A stretch of DNA of 64,000 bases from Candidatus Poribacteria bacterium (lineage in GTDB: Bacteria; Poribacteria; WGA-4E; JAJDTR01). The DNA lies in contig OZ244829.1 of assembly GCA_965220415.1 (NCBI GenBank), positions 2,217,209 through 2,281,208 of the forward strand. Reading direction: 5' to 3'. Positions 19,119 to 28,331 of the stretch are shown here, piece after piece. The translations under genes and the position numbers were made by a program. The notes under the pieces are model-generated. The model was not told the origin of the DNA, searched no databases, and saw only the letters and a program-made list of their open reading frames with translations. Every line of letters begins with the position of its first letter. The first letter of the stretch is position 1.

Positions 19119-22100
19119 CTACTTACCGATCAACATCTTGCGAGTTGCAGCGAAATCATCGGCGGTTAGGGTGTAAAAGTATACGCCACTGACAACACGC
19201 TCACCGACACTGTTGCGGCCATCCCAATACGCCGCAAGACTTCGTTCGGTGTAATAACTAGCTACCTGATACCCTAGATTCAAATGACGCACTAACGTAC
19301 CGTTGATGTCGTAAATCGAGATTTGTACCTCGGCATCATTGGCTAACCCGTACGGAATCCACGTCTCCGGGTTAAACGGATTTGGGTAGTTGGGAAAAAG
19401 CACAGTCTCTGCCGGGGTTAGAGTTGCCAGAAGATGCTCTAGGAAAAGAACGCCAAGCTGCAATGTGGCGTCCTTCAGATCAAGTTCTCTCGCTTGTGCC
19501 AACCACTCTCCCACGTCCGCTCTTGTAGGAGGGATCTCCAGGTTGCGACTCCAGGCTGAAGGCGCGGCGGCTGCGTTCCCAAGCGCACTCACCACCAACA
19601 CCAAATCAAGGATGTTCACTATTCCATCCCCGTTGACATCCGCGGGCAAATCTGCATCTTCGGTCCCGAGACCTGACGCCACCGAGACCAAATCCAAAAA
19701 ATTCACAACATCGTCCCTGTTTACATCCTCCAGGATAGGCGGCAATTCGGCGGTTGTTGTGGCGGTCTGGCTCTGCTGAATCCCTGTAACAGCCACTTCG
19801 ACGGTGTTCGTTCCTGGATTTGGGCCCAATGTGAGGGTACTCTCCGCCCGACCATCACTATCCGTCGTGGCACTGGTTACACTGAGTGTCCCACCGCCAC
19901 CGGTAACCGTGAAGGTGACCTGCACACCCGGTAAGGGTTCGCCGGATCGATCTGCCACGTATACGACAATCGGTCTGGGAAGCGCTTCACCGATGAACCC
20001 CTTTTGGTCGAATCCGGAGATTATCCAGAACGCCAAAGGCGTTCGGATGCCTCGGGCAGTAAACGTCTCTGTTCGCGTAATCCCCGCTACAGTCACGTCA
20101 ACGCTGTTCGTTCCCGGATCTGGTCCCAACGTTAGGATACTCTCCGCCCGACCATCGCTCTCCGTCATGACGCTTGTGGCGCTCAGCGTCCCACCGCCAG
20201 CGGTAACCGAGAACGTTACTTCGGCGCCCGGCATAGGTTCGTCAAACTGGTCTCGCACTTCCACGATAAACGGGTTTTCAAGCGCCTCACCGTACGGCCC
20301 CTCTTGGTCGTCTCCCGAGATTATCCCCAATGTCGTGGGAATCCTGATGCCTTGGGCAGTAAACGTCTGGTTCTCCTGAATCCCCGAAATGGACACGGTC
20401 ACTGTATTCGCTCCCGGATTGGATCCCAACGTGAGGGTACTCTCGGCTCTTCCGTTCGCATCAGTCGTAACGCTTGTGGCGCTCAGCGTCCCGCCGCCAC
20501 TGCTGACCGAGAACGTGACTTGAACACCAGCGAGGGGTTTATCCGACTGATCTCGCACCTCCACCACAAACGGGTTCGCAAGCGCCGAACCGGGCAGTCC
20601 CTGTTGGCCGCCGCCCGAGATTATCTCCAATGTCTTGGGAATTCTGATGCCTTGGGCAGTAAGCGTCTGCTTCTCCTGAAGTCCAGTAACGGACACAGTA
20701 ACTGTATTTGCTCCCGGATTGACTCCCAACGTCAAGGTACTCTCGGCTCGTCCGTTGGCGTCGGTGATTGCGGTGGTGGCACTCAGCGATCCACTGCCCG
20801 CGAGGACAGTAAAGCCCACAGTAATCCCTTCCATCGGAGCATCGTACTGATCGCGGACTTCAACCACAAACGGGTTCGCCAAAGCTTCACCTGTCAAACC
20901 GTTCTGATTATCTCCCGAGAAGATTGACAGAGCCGTTGGAATCGGTGGTGGGAGAACCGCTTCAGCACTAAAGACCGCTGTTTGGGAAAGACCTTCGACA
21001 CTCGCCTCGACGGTGTTCGTGCCGGGACTGCCTCCAAGCGTCAGCGTACTCTCGGCTCGTCCGTTGGCGTCGGTAATTGCGGTGGTGGCACTCAGCGATC
21101 CACTGCCCGCGAGGACAGTGAACCTCACAGTAATCCCTTCCATCGGGGCATCGTACTGATCGCGGACTTCAACCACAAACGGGTTCGCCAACGCTTCACC
21201 TGTCAAACCGTTCTGATTATCGCCGGATATACTCTTTTGGCTTGTCGGTTCTAACACAGGTGGTGTCGTCACTGGCGGATCGATTGTCGTTGGAGGTTGT
21301 GTTGTAATTTGTGGTTGCTGCAGTGACTCTTGTTGCTGCTGTTGTGACGATGGCGATGATTCTTGCTGCTGTTGTGACGATGGCGATGATTCTTGTCGCT
21401 GTTGTGACGGTGGCGATGGTTCTTGCTGTTGCTGTGACGATGGCGGTGGGGTACCAACTGTCGCGGTTCCGCTGGTAGATTTGGAGCCGACCGTCGCTGT
21501 GACCGTGTATGAACCGGAGGCGCTGTTCCCAAGTGTTAGTGTTGTGGAGGCCTGGCCGTTGCTGCCGGTTGTCGCACTTGTGGAATTCAACGACGCATTC
21601 CCATCGCCTGATGTGATACTAAACGTCACGGTTTTCCCTGACGCGGCACTCCCATCCTCCTGAACTTCAACAGTAAACGTCAATGCATCACCAGGGGCAC
21701 CAGATCCGGGACCACTTACCACACTTATCGATGATTCTGGCGGCGACTGCGGGGATGGGGTGCCAACTGTCGCGGTTCCGCTGGTAGATTCGGAGCCGAC
21801 CGCCGCTGTGACCGTGTATGAACCAGAGGCACCGCCCCGAAGTATCAGTAGCGTCTTTGCTCGTCCATTGCTATTAGTTGCTACATTTGTAGGATTTAGC
21901 AACACAGTCCCATCGTCTGGACTCAGGCTGAACGTCACGGTTTTCCCTGACGCGGGACTCCCATCCTCCTGAACCTCAACAGTAAACATTAGGCCCTGAC
22001 CGGGATTGCCAGATCCGGGACCACTTACCACACTTATCGATAATTGTGGTGTGTCAACCGTCGCTGTCCCGCTCGTAGATGTGCTGCCAACTGTCGCTGT

Positions 22101-23051
22101 GAGCGTGTATGAGCCGGCGGCGCTGTTCCCAAGTGTTAGCGTTGTGGATGCCTGGCCGTTGGTACCGGTTGTCGCACTTGTGGGATTCAGCGACGCATTT
22201 CCATCGCCTGATGTGATACTAAACGTCACGGTCTTCCCTGACGCTGCACTGTCATCCTCCTGGACCTCAACAGTAAAGGTCAATGCAGCACCGGGGGCAC
22301 CAGACCCGGGACCACTTACCACACTTATCGATAATTCTGGCTGCGTCGGCGGCGATGGGGTCTCAACTGTCGCAGTCCCGCTGGTAAATTTAGTGCCGAC
22401 TGTCGCTTTGACCGTGTATGAGCCGGCGGCGCTGTTCCCAAGTGTTAGTGTTGTGGATGCTCGCCCGTTGGTACCGGTTGTCGCACTTGTGGGATTCAGC
22501 GACGCATTCCCATCGCCTGATGTGATACTAAACGTCACGGTCTTCCCTGACGCTGCACTGTCATCCTCCTGGACCTCAACAGTAAAGGTCAATGCAGCAC
22601 CGGGGGCACCAGACCCGGGACCACTTACCACACTTATCGATAATTCTGGAGGCGGTGGTGGGGCCTTAATTGTCGCAGATCCGCTCGCAGATGCGTCGCC
22701 GACCGTCGCTGTGACCGTGTATACGCCGGAGGATCCGCTCCCGGTAGACAGTGTGGTCGTCACCGACTGGTTGCTAACGGACGTCGCGCTTGTGGGACTC
22801 AGAGACACGGTCCCATCATCTGGGCTCACACTAAACGTCACCGTTTGACCTCCCGCGGGGTTTGAATCCTCTCCGACATAGACATATGCACTAAACCTAA
22901 ACGAACTTCCGGGGCTGCGGGCAAAAGGAGTATAAGTCATTATAATGGAGACTTCTTCCGTTTCCTCCTCTTCCGTTGCCTCCAATGGCATCAACACACA
23001 TACCATAAATAGTGCGATGAAACAAATCAGTGATTTTTTCATAAGTTTCAA
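19119..23051 (-). CDS. Giant secreted surface protein: tandem Ig-like (Big) domains, Q/S/P-rich linker, dockerin-like repeats, C-terminal T9SS (Por) sorting domain
   Basis: Signal peptide. Repeated ~95-aa units (SISVVSGPGSG...TFTVEVQEDDSAASGKTVTFS and GDNQNGLTGEALANPFVVEVRDQYD...) resemble Big_2/invasin-like folds. DVNRDDVVNFLDLV...DVNGDGIVNILDLVLVV are dockerin type I repeats. The C-terminus NYPNPFNPETWIPY...GVYFYTL matches the Por_Secre_tail signature. Confidence 0.85.
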   Translation of the reverse strand: MKLMKKSLICFIALFMVCVLMPLEATEEEETEEVSIIMTYTPFARSPGSSFRFSAYVYVGEDSNPAGGQTVTFSVSPDDGTVSLSPTSATSVSNQSVTTTLSTGSGSSGVYTVTATVGDASASGSATIKAPPPPPELSISVVSGPGSGAPGAALTFTVEVQEDDSAASGKTVTFSITSGDGNASLNPTSATTGTNGRASTTLTLGNSAAGSYTVKATVGTKFTSGTATVETPSPPTQPELSISVVSGPGSGAPGAALTFTVEVQEDDSAASGKTVTFSITSGDGNASLNPTSATTGTNGQASTTLTLGNSAAGSYTLTATVGSTSTSGTATVDTPQLSISVVSGPGSGNPGQGLMFTVEVQEDGSPASGKTVTFSLSPDDGTVLLNPTNVATNSNGRAKTLLILRGGASGSYTVTAAVGSESTSGTATVGTPSPQSPPESSISVVSGPGSGAPGDALTFTVEVQEDGSAASGKTVTFSITSGDGNASLNSTSATTGSNGQASTTLTLGNSASGSYTVTATVGSKSTSGTATVGTPPPSSQQQQEPSPPSQQRQESSPSSQQQQESSPSSQQQQQESLQQPQITTQPPTTIDPPVTTPPVLEPTSQKSISGDNQNGLTGEALANPFVVEVRDQYDAPMEGITVRFTVLAGSGSLSATTAITDANGRAESTLTLGGSPGTNTVEASVEGLSQTAVFSAEAVLPPPIPTALSIFSGDNQNGLTGEALANPFVVEVRDQYDAPMEGITVGFTVLAGSGSLSATTAITDANGRAESTLTLGVNPGANTVTVSVTGLQEKQTLTAQGIRIPKTLEIISGGGQQGLPGSALANPFVVEVRDQSDKPLAGVQVTFSVSSGGGTLSATSVTTDANGRAESTLTLGSNPGANTVTVSISGIQENQTFTAQGIRIPTTLGIISGDDQEGPYGEALENPFIVEVRDQFDEPMPGAEVTFSVTAGGGTLSATSVMTESDGRAESILTLGPDPGTNSVDVTVAGITRTETFTARGIRTPLAFWIISGFDQKGFIGEALPRPIVVYVADRSGEPLPGVQVTFTVTGGGGTLSVTSATTDSDGRAESTLTLGPNPGTNTVEVAVTGIQQSQTATTTAELPPILEDVNRDDVVNFLDLVSVASGLGTEDADLPADVNGDGIVNILDLVLVVSALGNAAAAPSAWSRNLEIPPTRADVGEWLAQARELDLKDATLQLGVLFLEHLLATLTPAETVLFPNYPNPFNPETWIPYGLANDAEVQISIYDINGTLVRHLNLGYQVASYYTERSLAAYWDGRNSVGERVVSGVYFYTLTADDFAATRKMLIGK
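21341..21460. repeat. 39-bp tandem repeat (~3 copies) inside the surface-protein CDS encoding the SSPSSQQQQE linker
   Basis: TCTTGCTGCTGTTGTGACGATGGCGATGAT-type units repeat at 21341, 21380 and 21419. In-frame, translated as SSQQQQESSPSSQQQQ... Confidence 0.6.
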
Positions 23052-23433
23052 GTCCTTTCATTTCGTATCATGGTAAATCAAAAATTAGTGGTTTATGGTT
23101 GACACGTGATGGCATAGTATTGCCGGGACAAGATATCCGATTCACACGTGCCTGAAACCTGCGATATAACAACATTTTTGCCCTGAAAATGATCCCATAT
23201 ATATTCGATGATGTCAAGGAAAAATGAACTTTTTTACCACTTCCGTAAAATTTTTTCTGCGGTCTGAAATATGTTTAGGCTAATTGCATACTACCCCAGA
23301 CACTGATGTCGCAGCGCTTGAAAATATGATGGTTTGGGTGATATATTCATTATGCAACTAAAACATCATCGAAATTGCCATTGTGGGGAAATCAGCAGAT
23401 CGAGTTGATTAATCTCATCAAAGCGACTGTGTT

Positions 23434-23462
23434 TTGACAATCCTCTAAGCGTATGATACAAT
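23434..23462 (+). promoter_or_regulatory. Near-consensus sigma70 promoter (-35 TTGACA, 17-nt spacer, -10 TACAAT)
   Basis: TTGACA 23434-23439 and TACAAT 23457-23462 with an exact 17-nt spacer. It drives a small ORF whose AGGAGG RBS is at 23475-23480. Confidence 0.45.
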
Positions 23463-23488
23463 GCATAGAGTAAGAGGAGGTGAGAACC

Positions 23489-23686
23489 ATGGCATCCCGC
23501 AATACCTACAAGTATCATTTGAAACGAGGCGATAAAATCATTATTGCATCGCCAGGAAATCACTATACATTTGAGATTCAGATGTCTCGGTTGTTGCTGA
23601 GTTTCTCAAGAGTATTGCGTTTGATATTGGCGGCGGGGTTGAATCAAATTCCTGCCGCCTTTTTGCATTGTTACCGAGTAGTTTAA
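23489..23686 (+). CDS. Small hypothetical protein (65 aa) in a compact promoter-RBS-ORF-terminator unit
   Basis: ATG lies 8 nt after AGGAGG (MASRNTYKYHLKRGDKIIIASPGNHYTFEIQ...). An intrinsic terminator hairpin lies inside the annotated 3' end, so the true product may be shorter or this may be a leader/sRNA. Confidence 0.35.
   Translation: MASRNTYKYHLKRGDKIIIASPGNHYTFEIQMSRLLLSFSRVLRLILAAGLNQIPAAFLHCYRVV
23629..23665 (+). terminator. Rho-independent terminator hairpin (GGCGGCGGGG...CCTGCCGCC + TTTTTG)
   Basis: GC stem of 6-9 bp with a 12-nt loop, followed by a T5 run on the plus strand. Confidence 0.5.
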
Positions 23687-23865
23687 TCCTGATTTGTTAC
23701 GCTTGCTTAGAGCAATCACGTCAATGCGCGCCGTGCTAGAAAGGATCATAACAGGGAGGCAGAAAAGAACCGGAACGTGTCGCGACCCATTGCAATTGTG
23801 GATTAGCAAGTTGGTACTTGTGAACACGGGGAAAAGCCAAATCAAACCTGCCGAGGGATTGCGCG

Positions 23866-24279
23866 ATGAATACTACAAAAGAGGCGGAATTTGATTATCA
23901 AACTTATTTTAAAGAAAACAGGCCAGATCCAGCACGGATTAATCGCGGACCAAAGGCACGTCAAAAACGACGTGAGGCCGTGGTATGTAACATTCGCGGA
24001 CTTTCTCACTATGAAGACGGTCTGTATGACTGTGCTATTGAAGATTATACGAAAGCGATAGATGCCAATGCCGATTTCGCCGAAGGTTATAACAATCGCG
24101 CTGTTGCTTGGATACATTTGAGCGAATGGGACAAAGCCCGAGAAGATTTGAAGACCGCTAAAGAAAAGGGTGTAGACATCATCGTCGCATTTCATAACGA
24201 CTACGAAAAAGTCTCGGATTTCCAGCAGAAAACAGGAATACAGTTGCCGGAAGACATCGCCGCAATGCTGACAAACTAA
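23866..24279 (+). CDS. TPR-repeat protein (137 aa)
   Basis: Two to three TPR-like motifs (DYTKAIDANADFAEGYNNRAVAWIHLSEWDKAREDL). Lies immediately upstream of the SIR2-like gene on the same strand. Confidence 0.65.
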   Translation: MNTTKEAEFDYQTYFKENRPDPARINRGPKARQKRREAVVCNIRGLSHYEDGLYDCAIEDYTKAIDANADFAEGYNNRAVAWIHLSEWDKAREDLKTAKEKGVDIIVAFHNDYEKVSDFQQKTGIQLPEDIAAMLTN

Positions 24280-24483
24280 TCAATCGGTAAGTAGATTTCC
24301 TATTGTGGAGACACTGTCTGAGTCACGAATTAAGGGATTTCTACCGCACTCACTATCCGTTCGGACGGTCGGATTACGCGGATGACAGGGACAAGAGGCG
24401 ATTCTCACTGTACGCGGATTTGATCTTTGGCAATCGAAGATTCAGACGGTCATCAAAAAATTCAACATCATTAAAGCAAAAAC

Positions 24484-27400
24484 ATGAAAATTAAGAATAT
24501 TGACTTCCCCAAACCCCTGTTAGATGCCTTGCATGCAAATAAACTGGTGGTGTTCGCCGGGGCAGGAGTTTCAATGGGTGACCCTGCCCATCTACCAAAT
24601 TTCAAATCGTTAACCGATATGATCGCCCAACGTACTGGCAAAAACTTGCGCAAGGATGAAAAGTTCGAAGAATTCCTCGGAAGATTGCACGATGACGAAG
24701 TAAAGGTTCACGAAATTGCAGCCGGTGTACTTTCCCAAGAAAGTTTGCAAGCAACCAAACTACATAAGAATCTTTTACAGCTTTATCCCAACATCGGGCC
24801 AGTTCGCCTAGTGACCACCAATTTCGATCTCCTGTTTGAGCAGGCCGCAGAGGGAATGTTCGACAGTCTACCAGAGGTGTTTCGGGCACCTGCGTTACCC
24901 TTGGGGCGCCAGTTCAACGGCATTATTCATGTTCACGGTTCCGTCTCAAAACCCGGCCAGATGGTGCTTACAGATAAGGATTTCGGTCTCGCCTATCTGA
25001 CCGATGGATGGGCTCGACACTTCCTTGTTGAACTGTTCAGTAATTTTACAATCCTCTTTGTTGGCTATAGTCATGACGACACGATTATGAATTATCTGGC
25101 GCGTGCGCTTCCGGCCGGTTCAGAGGATCGGCGCTTCGTTTTAACCGGTTCAGAAGACAGTAAAAAGCCAGGCGATTGGCGTTTGCTCGGAATTCATCCC
25201 ATTACCTACCCACAGACTCACAAGGAAGACCATAGCAAACTTGAGACGGGTGTCCGCGGCCTCGCCAATCATGTCCGACGCAGTGTCGTTGATTGGCATC
25301 GCGAGATCACTGCAATTGCTGAAAACCCGCCTCCTCTAGCTGATGACGAGAAAATAGTGGGAACTATTGAGGAGGCGCTTGGAGATAAGACAAAGACTCA
25401 ATTCTTCACAAAAGCAGCGTCAAACCCAGATTGGATTGATTGGCTCGACGAGCACGGGTGCTTAAAGGCGCTGTTTGGTAGCGATTCGTTAAGAGACCAG
25501 GATATGGCTCTGTCTTGGTGGGTGGCAGATCGGTTTTTATACGACCATGCAAACAGAATTTTCCTTCTAATTAGCAAATACGATACGCGATTACATCCAA
25601 AGTTTTGGCACGATTTAGCTCGGAAGATTGGTAGGGATATGGAGGCTTCCCGAGATAAGGTAGTTCTATCTCGCTGGATTTCATTGCTGCTATCAACGGC
25701 GCCAAGCGACGGGGACAGCACCAATGGGGTGTACGTAGATACCGGCAATCTTCTTGATCAGATAGGCAAACGCTGTATTGCACACGGGATGTTAGAAGAT
25801 TTGTTGAGAATCTTCGATACCATGATGCAGAGTCGTTTATTAATAAGGGGTGGTTATCCGCTGCTCAGTGACGATGGAGAAGAGGAGAATCTCTTATTTG
25901 ACGCGAAATTGTCGCTAATCGGTAAATATGGCGGACTGAATAAGTTATGGGAAGGGGGACTGAGACCGAATTTATTTCAAGTAGCCGAGCCATTACTAGA
26001 ATCGGCTGTCAGACGGTTGGAAGAATGGTATCTTACATTACACACTTGGGGAAAGGCAAATCGCGAGTTGGAACCTGCTAGCATCCGGCGTTCCGCCATT
26101 GAACCTCACGAACAGGACAGGCATCCTCAACCGGTTGACGCGATAATAGATGTTGTTCGAGACTGCCTTGAGTCACTGGCATTGAACCAGCAAGACTCGG
26201 CGGCGCGGTGGTGTGATAAGCTCGTGCAGTCGGATGCACCATTGCTGCGCCGGCTGGCGGTACATGGACTATCCATACGCACCGACCTGTCACCGGACGA
26301 CAAAATTCAGTGGTTGCAAGAACATATAGACCTGCACGAATACGCTATTCACCACGAAATATTCCAGGCGGTGTACCAAGCATACCCCAAGATGAGTTCG
26401 GAACACCGAAAAACTCTGATTGAAGCCGTGAGGGCGTACCGTTGGCAGCACGAAGATTGTGAGGATGATAGGAAATTCACGTCACGAGTACATTTCGACT
26501 GGCTTCATTGGCTCCACAAATCAGATCCGACCTGTCAGACGGCTAAACAGGCTTTGAACGAGTTACAAGCGGAATACCCAGATTTCGAGCCAAAGAAATA
26601 TCCTGATCTGACATCTTGGATTGAATCAGGTTGGGGCGACCTACCGAACTCATGGACGTCTGAAGAACTCCTGTCAAGACCGACATCTTATTGGCTAGAC
26701 AAACTACTGTCGACTGAGGACTCAGAAAGAAATCGACCGAGATTCGGAATGCTAATTAATAGCATCACAGAAGCGACGGAACAGGACTTCGCTTGGGGTT
26801 TAAGTTTGGCTGATGAATTGGATGCCTCTGAAAAATGGGATTCAGAACTCTGGTACGCCTTGATTCGCGCTTGGTCGAAAATGGCGTTGAACGAAGATAA
26901 GCGCGCACAAGTGGTTTACTGGCTTGGCAGAACCGAACTGTATGCGAAACATTGTCGTGAAATTGCTGATGCGCTTTGCACGCTAGTGAAGAATGGCGGG
27001 CTGCCCTACTCCTTAAACCTACTCCATCAAGCCAACGAGATTGCTGCCACGTTATGGCGTAATCTTGATCGGACCCAATCGATCGAGGAGAAGGAGAACT
27101 GGCTAGACACTGCCATGAACCACCCAGCAGGGTGCCTTGCATACTTCTGGATGTCCAGTTTCTTCCTTTGGCGAGAGCAACAAGACCCTAAGCCTACAAC
27201 TTTCAGTGATGAGTATCTTAGGGCACTGTCAGACATTATGGTAGACCAGTCACTACCGGGGAGGCTGGCACGAACTGTTCTTGCCAGCCAATTGCACTTC
27301 CTGCTGACAGTAGATGAGGGCTGGACACGAGATAATGTGCTACCGCTATTTGAGCCTGAATGTGAAGATTTTCAAGCAGCATGGGACGGCTTTGCAAGGT

Positions 27401-28044
27401 GGGGAAATCTCAATCCTGCTGTCGCTGAAGCGATGGCAGGCCTATTCCTCAAGGCTGTTACTCGGATTAGCAACGATCTTCCCAATCAATGTGAGCCCTT
27501 CATTCGACATTATACTGATATGCTCGCATATTTTGCTGAAGACCCCCTTTGTGAATGGATTCCTAAGTTGTTTCAACATAGTAACCAAGAAACTAAGGAT
27601 TCCTTTGCATCGGCGGTGGGCAACCGTTTGCAATACTTAGCTGAAGCAGAACAACAGGACGTACTACGAAAATGGTGGATCTCTTGGCTCAAGCCCTTTT
27701 GGATGAATCGCTTACAAGGGATGTTCGCTAAACTGGAGCCTGGCGAGATTTCGCACATACTGGACTGGTTGCCACATTTGACACCCGTATTTCCGGAAGC
27801 TGTTGATTTAGCAATTCAGATGCCAAGGGGCCGGTTGCAACCTTGCTGGGTTTTAGACTACCTAAGAGAAAGTAATTTGTGGCAGAAACACCCCGAGTCA
27901 ATAGCGAAGTTGATTCTGTATCTTTGGGAATGCGAGTTCAGGTTTACTCGGCTTCTAGACCAAGAATTCATTGACTCGCTTCTTCAGGCGGACGTTTCAT
28001 TGGAACTTAAGAAGGAATTAGAGGACATCAAAATCCAACTCTAG
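24484..28044 (+). CDS. SIR2-like (SIR2_2/DHS-like NAD-binding) domain protein with ~900-aa alpha-helical C-terminal domain; DSR1/DSR2-like defence-associated sirtuin candidate
   Basis: N-terminal ~270 aa carry LVVFAGAGVS (Gly-rich NAD loop), TTNFDLLFEQA (conserved Asn, N113) and IIHVHGS (conserved His, H151), arranged as in prokaryotic SIR2_2 domains. The remainder is W/L-rich helical repeats with no other recognisable enzymatic motif. Confidence 0.8.
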   Translation: MKIKNIDFPKPLLDALHANKLVVFAGAGVSMGDPAHLPNFKSLTDMIAQRTGKNLRKDEKFEEFLGRLHDDEVKVHEIAAGVLSQESLQATKLHKNLLQLYPNIGPVRLVTTNFDLLFEQAAEGMFDSLPEVFRAPALPLGRQFNGIIHVHGSVSKPGQMVLTDKDFGLAYLTDGWARHFLVELFSNFTILFVGYSHDDTIMNYLARALPAGSEDRRFVLTGSEDSKKPGDWRLLGIHPITYPQTHKEDHSKLETGVRGLANHVRRSVVDWHREITAIAENPPPLADDEKIVGTIEEALGDKTKTQFFTKAASNPDWIDWLDEHGCLKALFGSDSLRDQDMALSWWVADRFLYDHANRIFLLISKYDTRLHPKFWHDLARKIGRDMEASRDKVVLSRWISLLLSTAPSDGDSTNGVYVDTGNLLDQIGKRCIAHGMLEDLLRIFDTMMQSRLLIRGGYPLLSDDGEEENLLFDAKLSLIGKYGGLNKLWEGGLRPNLFQVAEPLLESAVRRLEEWYLTLHTWGKANRELEPASIRRSAIEPHEQDRHPQPVDAIIDVVRDCLESLALNQQDSAARWCDKLVQSDAPLLRRLAVHGLSIRTDLSPDDKIQWLQEHIDLHEYAIHHEIFQAVYQAYPKMSSEHRKTLIEAVRAYRWQHEDCEDDRKFTSRVHFDWLHWLHKSDPTCQTAKQALNELQAEYPDFEPKKYPDLTSWIESGWGDLPNSWTSEELLSRPTSYWLDKLLSTEDSERNRPRFGMLINSITEATEQDFAWGLSLADELDASEKWDSELWYALIRAWSKMALNEDKRAQVVYWLGRTELYAKHCREIADALCTLVKNGGLPYSLNLLHQANEIAATLWRNLDRTQSIEEKENWLDTAMNHPAGCLAYFWMSSFFLWREQQDPKPTTFSDEYLRALSDIMVDQSLPGRLARTVLASQLHFLLTVDEGWTRDNVLPLFEPECEDFQAAWDGFARWGNLNPAVAEAMAGLFLKAVTRISNDLPNQCEPFIRHYTDMLAYFAEDPLCEWIPKLFQHSNQETKDSFASAVGNRLQYLAEAEQQDVLRKWWISWLKPFWMNRLQGMFAKLEPGEISHILDWLPHLTPVFPEAVDLAIQMPRGRLQPCWVLDYLRESNLWQKHPESIAKLILYLWECEFRFTRLLDQEFIDSLLQADVSLELKKELEDIKIQL

Positions 28045-28331
28045 CCGGAAACCTAAACAATCCCAACTTAACTCGTTCGACTATGAACGGAAAAACGTAG
28101 AGTGGATACCGCACGGCAAGAGAAGAGAACGGGGATGTAAAATTCTAGACACTACCGGATTTCAGTTCTGACAGCAGGCGGGTGATGCCCTCTTGGATCT
28201 TTGCTTCGACGGACGGCTCCGGGATAACCGATGTTTTAGCGACGCCTCATAACCACCGGCAAGTCCAAGGTAATGACCCTTCTTCGTGACGATGCCGCAC
28301 GATTGCGGAAGTCAACTGGGTTAGCACTTGA

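Noticed and set aside
21341-21460. 39-bp direct repeats resembling a minisatellite/CRISPR-like array
   Set aside because: They are in-frame within the surface-protein CDS and encode the SSPSSQQQQE linker; this is a coding VNTR only.
19390-22848. Several long plus-strand ORFs (129-280 aa) with repetitive, low-complexity translations
   Set aside because: They lie entirely antisense to the 1310-aa surface-protein gene. Their repeated peptides (VAVPLVD...TVAVTVYEP...) are frame-shadow products of that gene's tandem Big-domain DNA repeats, and they have no independent start or RBS context.
24303-24494. 63-aa ORF between the TPR gene and the SIR2-like gene
   Set aside because: R/D-rich low-complexity product, no RBS, overlaps the SIR2 gene start; likely non-coding spacer.
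28141-28331. Protein-like reading frame on the minus strand (...SVIPEPSVEAKIQEGITRLLSELKSGSV*) downstream of the alpha-oxoamine synthase gene
   Set aside because: Only ~30 codons between stops, with no start or RBS. It could be a remnant of a bioD/bioC-like gene 3' end, but the evidence is insufficient to call a pseudogene.
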